Origin: an uncultured Acidobacteriota bacterium
GTDB lineage: Bacteria; Acidobacteriota; Blastocatellia; RBC074
Reading direction: 5' to 3'
Assembly (NCBI GenBank): GCA_963796275.1
Contig: CAWCKY010000006.1
Location: forward strand, 1,664,001-1,728,000
Length of the DNA: 64,000 nucleotides
A program made the translations under genes and the position numbers. This document shows, piece by piece, positions 30,701 to 40,244 of this stretch. How positions within the stretch are numbered: position 1 is the first letter of the stretch; each line of letters starts with the position of its first letter. A model generated the notes under the pieces. The model did no database searches. It was given only the letters and a program-made list of their open reading frames with translations, and was not told the origin of the DNA.

Positions 30701-31042
30701 GCCCGCCACCTGTAAGCGAATGTCGACGCGCCGCGTCTCGCGCACTGAAAGAAGGATGTTTTCAGCGGTGAATTCGGTGAAGCCGTTCGCCTTCGCCCTC
30801 AACTCATAGGTGCCATCGAGCAGGTTGTTGAGAGTGTAAATGCCTTCATCGTTGGAAGTACTCGAGTAGACATAGCCCGTTTTGACATTCCTCGCCTCAA
30901 CGGCGACGCCTGGGACAGATGCGCCAGACTGGTCAGTCACCGAGCCGGTGATCGTTGCGAAAGTGCTCTGCGCGTGCAGGGGAACCGCCACGCTGAGAGC
31001 CAATAGAGCTGCGGGGAGTACAAATCTAATGGATCGCATCAT
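27743..31042 (-). CDS. TonB-dependent receptor, Oar-like
   Basis: Signal peptide, N-terminal CarboxypepD_reg, NNFAPRLG, C-terminal REFQLQLRIEW. Confidence 0.92.
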   Translation of the reverse strand: MMRSIRFVLPAALLALSVAVPLHAQSTFATITGSVTDQSGASVPGVAVEARNVKTGYVYSSTSNDEGIYTLNNLLDGTYELRAKANGFTEFTAENILLSVRETRRVDIRLQVAGVTNTVDISAGGATLIETETARVADVKEREQLRALPLTLRRAWDYFTLTPQVNRTTTGFNLSLAGSRSNQSEANIDGITVTPPGGGFAFGPLMDRSENLQEMRVEVSGNSAEYGTPGGVTLTTRAGNNDFHGTFSDYYGSPFMRARNPFALARGTGIGHRLTFAAGGPIIIPKIYNGRNKTFFFATLEMSAGSAGTALRTQTAPLEEWRQGNFSNLRDAQGNLIVVKDPVTNAPFQDNRIPIDRLNSTSLRLQEMFYALPNFGNRNVLESQNYRENRTGTFSHQPQLTVRLDHRFSEKAFVYGRFIGVYWNIPGFESSPLLTEQFRRTRDLRSWLVSYTQTIKHNIVNEVRWGLSSDHSPIESRIKGKALAQELGLRGLADDLPDVGGGLRIGFVGLGVSAIGFQDTCDPCFKDRVIQLTDNLTWTRGTHTIKMGGETRWGHTDDFRQSANLFGSVTFTNRYTGFPYADFLLGLPNSTARNFPTIPLERRIRTFASYVSDEWKATPRLTVTAGLRHQLFAIPKDANGRAALFDPATSSIVVPNGSLKLVSPLLPANYIKVLEAGQAGYPDSLIETDKNNFAPRLGIAWRPFNNNTVLRAGAGIYYDNAPPDPVLGATVPFLIAEPDFTNNNIGENPIVLPFVFPTSVAGPAAISIPRASRKDLRLPFTGQFTLTVEHQRWDMGFRATYTSTNTRQGIYRRDVNQPVADERIYSAKPRPFPNYPGIQFGDNGSGHQYHGVSFEVERRMKKGLAWQAYYTFARDIGDMEHNESPENAYDRRRERAAWGSLPTHRFSANTIVEAPFGRGRRWMNNANWLAEGMLGGWLLSGIYNYERGNFLTPAWTGDDPTGTRFANPGQRAVVTLRPDQLRDPNLDNATVSRWFDIGAFGAPPIGRFGTSAKGVIIGPPINVFHASLAKNFILRERLRIKLEVLSTNLFNHPNWALATPNLNITSGINAGAVTATIDRNAKFDSAVTREFQLQLRIEW

Positions 31043-31096
31043 ATTTTTTTCAGGTTATCCTCAGCTTGAATAGCTTCGGTGATTGGAATTCCAAGG

Positions 31097-31112
31097 GCAA
31101 ATTGATTGCCCG
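31097..31112 (-). promoter_or_regulatory. Candidate sigma-54 promoter for TBDR 27743..31042
   Basis: Minus strand CGGGCAATCAATTTGC = GG-N10-GC, about 55 bp upstream of the start. Confidence 0.35.
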
Positions 31113-31326
31113 GTTGCAAGGTAAAATGTACGTTAGAGTTCTACCCGGCCGTGCGATTATTCAGTTGCAATCGTGTTTAATTGTGCTCAATCGTGGGTTG
31201 CGCGGGAGAGAATATCCGCAAAAACTTCTGGGAGCAAGGGATATCGATGCGTCAGTCTACTTGAATGGTGTAGCATCGCGACGTGACTTGTTCACATTTT
31301 CGGATGGAGTCCGTGGCAAGCCGTCA

Positions 31327-32424
31327 TCACTTATCTCCGGCAAAGATCGCAAAAATCGAGATGATAACCAATACGGCCAGCACGACGAGCGCGATCTTGA
31401 TCCAGCTCTTCGGATAATCTCCGGCGATGGCGCCGGTGAAGCCGTTGATCACCACCTGAAACTTTTGCGCGCCGTAACTGTAGCTGAGTAACCAGACGGG
31501 AACGAGCATATGCTTGAACGTTTGTCCGGAATAATCTGAATCGACCTCTAGCCCGAGATAGGTATCGCCGGGCACCTCCGCGCCGCACATCGAATATAAC
31601 TTTTCGTCCATCACTTCGCGGGAGTGCTGCGCCGCGGCTATCAGGTCGATCTGGTATCGCTCGACGACCCATCCAGCCACATAACCGGCATTGTAGGGCA
31701 CAAGTTCTTTCGTCGGAAATGGTTCAATCTTGCGCAATTTGGCCTGTTCTACGCCGGCTGAGGCAAGTACGAGTTCATCGTCGAAGAAATGTTCCAACTC
31801 TCCTGAGCTGGGTACCCAGCGCGTCCGCTGAACCTGTCGCGACTGCTGCTGCCCCTGGCTGTCGGTGTAGTACTCAGTCTCGTAGTAGTGGTAGCCCGAT
31901 ACCGCGGTCCATCGGGCGTGTACCTGCGCATCGAACGTCCAGTAAGGGAGGTAGATGCCATGCACGCGATCGGTGAGGGCCGAGCCGGCGAGCTTGTTCG
32001 GCGCAAACCAGAGGCTACCATACCAGCGGCGAATCGTTTCGCGCACATGGGTTTCGCTGATTTTGAAGGGCAGCACGCTCTCCGGGCGAAATACCTCTTT
32101 TACATCCTCGTATTTGACCAGTTGCGCGGAGCCGCAAAAATCGCAGCGCTGCGCAATGTGCTGCGGATCGAAGACCGAAATCGCGTTACAGCTCTGGCAG
32201 CGGACCGATACCTTCTCCGCCTCCCACCCGCGCCGGCTGTCGGGGATATTCCGCAGCGCCCTCGCCAGGTCGTGTTCGAGGATCTCACCGTCGGCGCGCA
32301 TCTCCGCCGGCGAAGTAGTCCCGCAATAGGCGCAGACCAGAGCCTGCTTGGCCGGATTCCAGTGTGCATCCGCGCCGCACGCCGGGCACTCGAACTTCTG
32401 TTGTGCTATTGCGCTCTCCATCAA
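31327..32424 (-). CDS. Zinc-ribbon membrane protein, YdjG-like
   Basis: Four CxxC pairs (CPACG, CAYCG, CQSCN, CDFCG), YLPYWTFD, LVPVW, INGFTG, C-terminal TM. Confidence 0.8.
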   Translation of the reverse strand: MMESAIAQQKFECPACGADAHWNPAKQALVCAYCGTTSPAEMRADGEILEHDLARALRNIPDSRRGWEAEKVSVRCQSCNAISVFDPQHIAQRCDFCGSAQLVKYEDVKEVFRPESVLPFKISETHVRETIRRWYGSLWFAPNKLAGSALTDRVHGIYLPYWTFDAQVHARWTAVSGYHYYETEYYTDSQGQQQSRQVQRTRWVPSSGELEHFFDDELVLASAGVEQAKLRKIEPFPTKELVPYNAGYVAGWVVERYQIDLIAAAQHSREVMDEKLYSMCGAEVPGDTYLGLEVDSDYSGQTFKHMLVPVWLLSYSYGAQKFQVVINGFTGAIAGDYPKSWIKIALVVLAVLVIISIFAIFAGDK

Positions 32425-32442
32425 AAATACCTATCAATACCC

Positions 32443-33513
32443 TCAGCTCTTGAGAAACTCATCCACTGCCGCACGCGTGATGCGCCAGGTATTGCCGATC
32501 TTCTTGCCTTTCAACTCGCCGGAGTTCAGCACCGCCGTTACATCATCCTCGCTCACGCCCAGCAACTGCGCCGCCTGTGCTACGCTGAGCAGATCGGGGA
32601 TGGCGGCAACCTGGCCCGCATTAACAGGAGCTGGCGCGGCGGCCGGCGTCGCTTGATTCAAGATGCCGCCCGGCTGCTGCATCATCTGCTGCGCCATCGC
32701 CCAGCCGACGGCCATCTCCGAAGCGAATCCGCCCGCGCCGCCGCCGCCCTGTTCGAGCCCCTGCGCCATCTGGTACTTCACGAAATCATTCAAGTTGCCC
32801 ACTGCCGCCATGCTCGAACGTTTGTCGATCGCCTGCTCGACTTCGGGCGGCAACGAGATGTTCTCGACGATGAAGCTCTCCAACTGAATGCCGTATCTGC
32901 CCTGCAGCGCGGGATTGATCAACGGTAAAAGGGCATCGCCGAGCTCTGAATATTGGGTTGCCGCATTGAGCGCGGGGATTTTCGAAGTCGCCAGCGCATC
33001 GCTGAAGACTGAGACGATGCGCGAACGCATAGTGTCGGAGAACTCTTCGATCCTGAATTCAGCATCGGTTCCCGCCACCTCTCTCAGAAATAGCTTGTGA
33101 TCTGTAATCCGAAAATCATATCGGCCGAAAGCGCGCAATCGCACGATGCCGAAATCCTGATCGCGCAGCATGACTGGATTCGACGTGCCCCATGGGTTGC
33201 CGGCGAAGAGGCGGCTGCTGACGTAATAGACATCAACCTTGAACGGCGATTCGAAGCCGTATTTCCAGCCCTTAAGCGTCGTCAGCACCGGAATGTTATC
33301 TGTCGTCAACGTATGTGTCCCCGGTCCGAACGTATCACCGAACTGGCCGAGATAGACGAACTGCGCCACTTGCGATTCGCGGACCACGAGCTGTGCGCCG
33401 TTCTTGATCTCCTTGTCTTCATCCGGGAACCGCCATGAGAGCACATCGCGCGCATCTTCGTTCCACTGGATGATCTCGATAAGCTCCCCTTTGATAAAAT
33501 CCATCAGTCCCAT
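32443..33513 (-). CDS. SPFH domain protein (YdjI-like) with C-terminal excisionase-like HTH
   Basis: RBS GGAGGAG; IKNGAQLVVRESQ, WGT.NPV.LRD..FG.VRLRAFG; C-term LLSVAQAAQLLGVS..GELKGKKIGNTWRI. Confidence 0.88.
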   Translation of the reverse strand: MGLMDFIKGELIEIIQWNEDARDVLSWRFPDEDKEIKNGAQLVVRESQVAQFVYLGQFGDTFGPGTHTLTTDNIPVLTTLKGWKYGFESPFKVDVYYVSSRLFAGNPWGTSNPVMLRDQDFGIVRLRAFGRYDFRITDHKLFLREVAGTDAEFRIEEFSDTMRSRIVSVFSDALATSKIPALNAATQYSELGDALLPLINPALQGRYGIQLESFIVENISLPPEVEQAIDKRSSMAAVGNLNDFVKYQMAQGLEQGGGGAGGFASEMAVGWAMAQQMMQQPGGILNQATPAAAPAPVNAGQVAAIPDLLSVAQAAQLLGVSEDDVTAVLNSGELKGKKIGNTWRITRAAVDEFLKS

Positions 33514-33897
33514 GGTTAGCTCCTCCGTAATTTGGTATTTGCAATCCGAACTGCCCACCATTCGCCTCAACTCCAGTCGGCCGAAGATCATCGCCTGCGG
33601 CTTCTCGATCGGCATCGTCTCTGCCGTTGCAGCAGATTAATCGGTCAGGGCACTACCTTCGCTCGACAATTACCACAACTCACCATTTTTTTGGAATGGT
33701 TTTCAAGCCGGACATTATTTTAGCTAAATGAGCAAATGAAAATTACGTTGATTGTTGTCGATATGTTCTGAGCAGTTCGGAGGAGTACGATGTTAATGAG
33801 GAGTACGATGTTAATAGCGTTGATGATGATGTTCTTCACAAATTCCGATGGGACCATCTGAACCGTTTTGCCGGATGAGTGAGCACTGTAAACGGAT

Positions 33898-34384
33898 GTT
33901 AAAGTTACGCCTTCATGCGTACAGGAATCATGGGAAAGAAAAGACCGCGTAAACGCGGAACTCCAAACGATATCTCCAGTTCGGAGTTCCTCCTTCAGGC
34001 GGTCGGGAAATCATGCCAAAAGAAAAGACCGCGTAAAGGCGGAACCCAAACGATTTCTCCAGTTCGGAGTTCCGCCTTCAGGCGGTCGGGAAATCATGCC
34101 GAAAAGAAAAGACCGTAAACGCGGAACTCCAAACGATATCTCCAGTTCGGAGTTCCGCCTTCAGGCGGTCGGGAAATCATGCGAAAAGAAAAGACCGTAA
34201 ACGCGGAACTCCAAACGATATCTCCAGTTCGGAGTTCCGCCTTCAGGTGGTCGGGAAAACTTGCGAAAAGAAAAGACCGCGTAAACGCGGAACTCCAAAC
34301 GATATCTCCAGTTCGGAGTTCCGCCTTCAGGTGGTCGGGAAAACTTGCGAAAGAAAAAGACCGCGTAAACGCGGAACTCCAAAC
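33898..34384. repeat. Tandem array of REP doublets (BIME/REPIN-like), 82-84 bp period, about 6 units
   Basis: Alternating GTTCGGAGTTCCGCCTTCAGGCGGTC and inverted GACCGCGTAAACGCGGAACTCCAAAC; B copies start at 33943, 34027, 34111, 34193, 34275, 34359; no variable spacers. Confidence 0.9.
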
Positions 34385-34469
34385 GAGATGGATAGAGTTG
34401 GGTATCACGAGAGAGGTAGCGAGTGAATACTTTTAAAATTAATAGGGAACCCGTAAGCCTTCAGCTGCG

Positions 34470-36141
34470 TTGATCGATTCTATGCTTACAAACCTATGCT
34501 TTTTTGCCTACCGAACATTCAAACGGGAGGAACGCGAGAATCTATTCAGGCCGGCCAGTCACACCTTCAAAATGTTGTTGTTACCGCTGGCTTTCATTTG
34601 TGCAATAGCGGGCGCGGCAGGAAATCGCGAGAACATTGCCGACGCCAAAAATCTCAACCGCATTCGTCCCACCACAATCAACACATCGAGAGGTAGTCTC
34701 GGGACAGTAGGGAAGGTAATGAAGAGCGGCCTGTCGGCTCCTGAATTCTTGCCGGTACTGGTCAAAGACATCAATCCGGGTGAAGGCTCGTCTTCAGCCG
34801 AGATGTTTGTGACGTTCAATGGCGCCGTGTACTTCCGCGCCGATGATGGTCTGCACGGGGTCGAGTTATGGAAAACAGATGGGACTCCCGAAGGCACCAA
34901 CATCGTTGCGGACTTGCGTCCGGGGGTCGCTAACGCTGAACCCGGCAGTATAACTGTTGCCGGCGGAAGCCTGTACTTTTATGCGTACACGGAGCCGACC
35001 GGTTCAAAGGTCTTCAAGAGCGACGGTACAGAGGCCGGAACTATACTGCTGATTGATACCTACCCCGGCGCGCCCGGAGGCCAATTGGGTCCACCATTGC
35101 CAGCCAACTTCACGACATTTAACAACCTTGTTCTATTCACGGCTACGGATAGAAAATCGGGCTACGAGCTGTGGATTACAGATGGCACAATCGCCGGCAC
35201 ACAACCCCTGATAGACCTTCATCCCGGATTGCAATGGTCGGCGCCCGTAGCTCTCACGCCTTTCGCCGGCAGGGTCTTTTTCGCGGCTGACGACAAAGTC
35301 ACTCAACACAAGGGAAGCAACTTTTTCGATCGCGAGCTGTTTACGACCGATGGAACAGAGATCGGAACCGCCCGCGTGAAGGATATCTTCCCGGGCCCGT
35401 TCCCCTCGATTCCGTTTAACCTTACTGTATTTCGCGAAAGCTTGTTCTTCACCGCAAACGATGGGACGAGCGGAACAGAACTGTGGATAACGGATGGCAC
35501 CGAGACAGGGACCCACACCTTCAAAGACATCAACCCGACCGGCCCATCTGATCCACAGTTCTTTACCATTGTAGGGTCTCGGCTGTTCTTCAGTGCCGAC
35601 GACGGCGTCACCGGCGATGAACTGTGGGTCAGCGATGGCAGCGAAGCCGGCACACGCCTAATTGCTGACATCAACCCTAACGACGGCTCATTTCCTCTCA
35701 ACCTCACCGTTAAAGGCGGCCGAGTCTTTTTCTCCGCCGATGACGGCCAGCACGGCGCGGAACTCTGGGTGACCGACGGAACAGCTGCCGGCACTCAATT
35801 GGTGAAAGACATCAACCCCGGACCCGAGCCATCAGCTCCGCGGGACCTGTTGGTCGTGGGCGACAAACTCTTCTTCACCGCAATCGATCCGGATGACTCC
35901 TCCAGTACTGTCACGAACCGACTATGGATGACCGATGGGACCGAGGCGGGTACGCATACTCGTGTGGACGGCGCCGGGTCGTGCGTTCGGCTACTCTATT
36001 CGGAACCTGACGCTGCTCGGCGACAAAATTCTGTTCACTGCGCCGACGGGTACCAACTCTGAGGGCTTGAGCATCAATCTCGAGCTCTACAGCTTGCGGA
36101 TTCCTTGTCAGATTGGACCGACCGAGCAGCGCGATTGCTGA
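34470..36141 (+). CDS. ELWxxDGT repeat beta-propeller protein; +1 frameshift near 35956
   Basis: About 8 repeats of LVKDINPG...FF.ADDG..G.ELW.TDGT; true start may be ATG 34482 or 34572. Confidence 0.85.
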
Positions 36142-36504
36142 GTGCAAACAGTAGAGGTCGATAAACAGATAAAGGCGTTTAGCTAGAACTGCAGCATTCT
36201 CTACCAAACCACCTCATCGGGATTACCTCCGAAGCGATAAACGCCTGCTTCGCATCTCGTCAAATTCCGGCTTCTAATGTGCTTGTCGATCTTTCCGAGA
36301 TCATACTCTCGGGAAGATCGGCCGCAAGCCGAGCGACTATTACTCCAACTGCTTCGCCACGCTCTTGGCATTCCGCCGAATCACAGGTACATTGTCGGGA
36401 AATTTCCGTTCTATATGGCAAAGGCGGCAAGGGCAGCCTTGTTCATAACCTGCAAGCGTATATCGCAATAGGATTGCTCACAAAATCTCGTAAGGAGGAC
36501 CGGC

Positions 36505-39500
36505 ATGTCTCGATATTGGACAGCGATCTTTCTGTCGATTGTGGTTGTGGGGGTCTGCCGGGCGCAGCAAGTGACCGGCGATCTGTTAGTCAACCTCACC
36601 GACAGCAGCGGTTCGGTAGTTCCAGCCGCGACGCTCACCCTGACACAAATCAACACCAGTCTGAAGTTCGTCACCGCATCAGACGATCTCGGCAACGCTC
36701 TCTATCCCCAGTTGCAGCCCGGGATTTATACACTCTCTGTTTCCAAACCAGGTTTTCAACCGCACTCAGTACAAGATATTTTGATTCAGGTCGGACAACG
36801 CGCGCGCGTCGATGTGCGCATCAACGTGGGCGCTCTTACGGAGACGGTCACTGTCTCCGCGGCACAGGTGACACTTCTGAACGCTGAGAGCGCTTCGGCC
36901 GGCCAGGTGATCTCGCAGAAGCCGATTGTCGAACTGCCGCTGAACGGACGGAATTTCATTCAGCTGGCGCAGCTATCCTCAGGCGCTGTTCCGCTGGGCA
37001 TCGGCGTCTCACCAGCCTCCAGTTGGACCGGACGAGGGGACACAACGCTTTCCGTCGCGGGGCTGCGCGAGTCCAATGTCAGCTTCCTGGTAAACGGGAT
37101 TGAAACGCGAAACGCGCGCTTCGGTAGCTCCGGCATTCGTCCATCGGTGGAGGCTATCCAGGAGTTTCGCGTGCAGCGAAGCACTTTCGGCGCCGAGTTT
37201 GGCCGCAGTGCCGCGATCATCAACACGACCATTCGCTCCGGCAGCAACGAACTGCACGGGTCGGTTTTTGAGTTTCACCGGAATCGCGTGCTCGACGCCA
37301 CAAACTTCTTCCTGAACCGGTCGAGCCGCGAGAAACCGCCGCTAACGCTCAACAACTTCGGTACTGCAGTTGGCGGCCCTCTGGTAATTCCGAAGCTATA
37401 CGACGGCCGGAACCGGACGTTCTGGTTCTTCAATTACGAGGGTTTCCGCGAACGACAGAGTTTGGCTGCAACGGCGAACTACCCGAGTCGCGAGCAACTG
37501 AGGGGCAACCTGGCCGACGATAGCGCGGGCACGGGGCTCTATCCTACCAGCTCGGCGTTGTGCCAGCAGAACGCGATGTCAGACAAATGCGTCGATGTGA
37601 TCAATCCGTTTACCGGCCAGCCGTTCCCCGGCAATATTATTCCGGCGTCGATGCTCGATCCTCAAACGCAACTGGCGCTGGAGTTTATTCCGGCGCCCAA
37701 TGTCGGGTTGCCATCGGTTTCAGCGGATTTCCCAACTTTCAATACCGTTGGAGCTGCGCCGTTGATCAATGACTGGGATCAGTTCAATGCGCGCCTGGAC
37801 CATCAGTTGGGGCAAAGCGACCAGATCTATGGAACGTTCGCGTGGTCGGATGAGACCCGTATCCCCAGGTCATTGCGGCCCTTTGGAGGTGAGAGCTTCC
37901 CGCTTTCGAACCGGTTGGTGACGGCTACTCACGTGCACACGTTCTCGTCATCGATCATCAACGAGTTTCGCTTCGGTTATAACCGGAGCCGCACTTTCCG
38001 TCTGTCAGAAACCTCGTACGGACGAGACTTCGCGCGCGAGTTGTTCGGCCTGAAGAACACTACCGATCAGGCCATCGTGTTCGGGGTTCCCAACTTCTCG
38101 GTGAGCGGGTTTTCGGCGATAGGATCGATTCCGCAGGTCATCGGTGCAGAAGACGAAAATTTCCAGTTCACGGATAACCTGAGCATCACGCGCGGCCAGC
38201 ACAATCTCCGTACCGGATTCCAGATCAGTAAGCAGAACTACTACCAGGATACGAATTTCAGCGGTAATCCTACATTTTCGTTCGACGGCCGTTACACCGG
38301 CACGAGCGGCAACGGGCTGGCGGAGTTCCTGCTTGGCATTCCCTTCCGTGCCGCTGGCGCGATCGGCGATTCCATTCAGGATATGTATACGACCTACTGG
38401 GCCGGGTACGTACAGGACGACTGGCATATCGTCCCGAATTTCACGCTTAATATAGGGATTCGTTACGAGTTTTCCAGGCCTCCATATGAGCGGAACGACA
38501 GGAGCCTCTATTTCAATCCGGAGCTCGGGCGCATTCTCCTGGCGGGCCAGGGGGTTCGCCGCGAGATCGTCGATCCCGACTGGAACAACTGGGCGCCGCG
38601 AATCGGCTTCGCCTACCGCCCTGGTTTTCTTCGCGATACGGTCATCCGCGGAGGCGTTGGTATCTACTATGCGACCGACAACTGGAACGAAGAACAGTTC
38701 AAAGGGATAGGTCCGCCGTTTTTTCGGGCGCAGACACTCGAGGGCCACCCTACTCGTCCGACTCTTTTCATGCGGGACATGCTGCCGCCCTTCACGGATT
38801 CGCAGAGCTTGAATCCGTTCACGTTCGACCGGCTGAATCGGACGCCATATCTGACGCAGTGGACCTTCGGCATCCAGCGCTCGTTCCTCAAGGATTTCCT
38901 GCTGGAGATCGAATACGCGGGCAGCACCGGACAGAAGCTGCCGCAACGCCGCAACCTGAACATCGCAACGCTGGATCCCACCGGAAAGCCCATTCAGGAG
39001 CGTGTCCCGTATCCGCAATACGGCTTTATTCTGCTGACGTACAACGGAGGCTGGTCGAGTTACAACGCGCTCACAGCCAAGCTGGAGAAGCGATTCAGCA
39101 ACGGCCTCTACGGCCTGTTCTCTTACACCTGGCAGAAGTCGCTCGATCTCGGGGCATCAGATGAGTTCTCGGCGTTGTCTGTCGAGCAGAAGAAGTGGGA
39201 TAAGGGGCCGAGCACATTCGATGTTCCGCACCGGTTTGTCGCGAGTTACAGCTACGAGCTTCCGATCGGTCGCGGCAAGCCATTCCTTGCCGGTCTGAAC
39301 CGATTCGCCGATGCCATGCTCAGCGGCTGGCAGGTCACCGGTATCACCACCTTCTCGCAAGGGCAGGCCCAGACTCCCTCACTGGGGATCGACTGGCTTC
39401 TGATCGGATCATTCTCTAACTCGCGCCCGAACATCATCGGTGACGTGAAGGCGGGGAGGGATTTGACTGACAACTACGTGAATCCGAGCGCCTTCGGGCG

Positions 39501-39762
39501 GCCCCCGAAGGGGGTGCAGGGGACCGCGGGACGCGGATCTATTCGCCAGCCGGGCATCAACAATTGGGATATGGGAGTGGTTAAGAACAACCGAATCAGC
39601 GAGCGTCTGGCCATGCAATTTCGTTGGGAGATGTTCAATGCGTTCAACCACACGCAATTCGGCCCGGCGAATCTCAATATGTCAAGCACGAGCTTCGCGC
39701 GGATCGGCGGGACGCTCATCGGCCCTCGGCGCATGCAGGTCGGCTTGAAATTGATTTTCTGA
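36505..39762 (+). CDS. TonB-dependent receptor, Oar-like
   Basis: RBS AAGGAGG, ELPLNGRNF, QEFRV, YVQDDW, C-terminal PRRMQVGLKLIF. Confidence 0.93.
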   Translation: MSRYWTAIFLSIVVVGVCRAQQVTGDLLVNLTDSSGSVVPAATLTLTQINTSLKFVTASDDLGNALYPQLQPGIYTLSVSKPGFQPHSVQDILIQVGQRARVDVRINVGALTETVTVSAAQVTLLNAESASAGQVISQKPIVELPLNGRNFIQLAQLSSGAVPLGIGVSPASSWTGRGDTTLSVAGLRESNVSFLVNGIETRNARFGSSGIRPSVEAIQEFRVQRSTFGAEFGRSAAIINTTIRSGSNELHGSVFEFHRNRVLDATNFFLNRSSREKPPLTLNNFGTAVGGPLVIPKLYDGRNRTFWFFNYEGFRERQSLAATANYPSREQLRGNLADDSAGTGLYPTSSALCQQNAMSDKCVDVINPFTGQPFPGNIIPASMLDPQTQLALEFIPAPNVGLPSVSADFPTFNTVGAAPLINDWDQFNARLDHQLGQSDQIYGTFAWSDETRIPRSLRPFGGESFPLSNRLVTATHVHTFSSSIINEFRFGYNRSRTFRLSETSYGRDFARELFGLKNTTDQAIVFGVPNFSVSGFSAIGSIPQVIGAEDENFQFTDNLSITRGQHNLRTGFQISKQNYYQDTNFSGNPTFSFDGRYTGTSGNGLAEFLLGIPFRAAGAIGDSIQDMYTTYWAGYVQDDWHIVPNFTLNIGIRYEFSRPPYERNDRSLYFNPELGRILLAGQGVRREIVDPDWNNWAPRIGFAYRPGFLRDTVIRGGVGIYYATDNWNEEQFKGIGPPFFRAQTLEGHPTRPTLFMRDMLPPFTDSQSLNPFTFDRLNRTPYLTQWTFGIQRSFLKDFLLEIEYAGSTGQKLPQRRNLNIATLDPTGKPIQERVPYPQYGFILLTYNGGWSSYNALTAKLEKRFSNGLYGLFSYTWQKSLDLGASDEFSALSVEQKKWDKGPSTFDVPHRFVASYSYELPIGRGKPFLAGLNRFADAMLSGWQVTGITTFSQGQAQTPSLGIDWLLIGSFSNSRPNIIGDVKAGRDLTDNYVNPSAFGRPPKGVQGTAGRGSIRQPGINNWDMGVVKNNRISERLAMQFRWEMFNAFNHTQFGPANLNMSSTSFARIGGTLIGPRRMQVGLKLIF

Positions 39763-40011
39763 GATGTGCTGATAGCGCCGGCGGTGATGACCTCGTCGGC
39801 GCTATCTCTGATATCACTGAGCATTCTAGCAAACCTACACCGGCACCGTCAGCGGCTAGAATTACCTGGACTGGCGCACCACCCTAAGCCAACAAATATT
39901 CATGCCCGCAATCCACAAGAACATTTCCCCCAAAACGAGGATTTTTACGCACTGACGCTGTTCGAATGGGGAAAAATACGCAAAATCGCCCCAAATAGGC
40001 CGTTTTCGGAT

Positions 40012-40027
40012 TGGCACGCGATTTGAA
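40012..40027 (+). promoter_or_regulatory. Candidate sigma-54 promoter
   Basis: TGGCACGCGATTTGAA; perfect -24 box, TTGA variant at -12. Confidence 0.5.
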
Positions 40028-40056
40028 TATATTCGTTTCGCCCCGACGAGCGAAGA

Positions 40057-40165
40057 GCTGGCCCTGCCGGATTTTGTGGGTGCTTGATGTACGGGCTCGG
40101 TGCTGTTGAGAGCTTCCCAATAAGGCGCTCTGGAAATGCTACCCACAAAATCCGGCAGGGCCAGC
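40057..40165. repeat. Perfect 25-bp inverted repeat with 59-bp spacer
   Basis: gctggccctgccggattttgtgggt (40057-40081) / acccacaaaatccggcagggccagc (40141-40165). Confidence 0.9.
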
Positions 40166-40244
40166 AATTTGGATTACTAGTCAAACTCAATGGGAAATGC
40201 GTAACGAATCGCCTGGATCTTCTTGTATAAAAAGGACTCTCTAT

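Noticed and set aside
32443-32600. Excisionase indicating a prophage or integrative element
   Set aside because: The HTH is the C-terminal domain of the SPFH protein; no integrase or phage genes in the window
33520-33700. Known riboswitch (ZTP/SAH-like) upstream of the SPFH gene
   Set aside because: Hairpins present but conserved cores are missing; kept only as a possible structured leader
33898-34384. CRISPR array
   Set aside because: Intervening sequences are near-identical rather than unique spacers, repeats alternate in orientation, and no cas genes are present
33915-34436. Short ORFs on both strands of the array
   Set aside because: Periodic translations of the DNA repeat with no RBS or protein-like features
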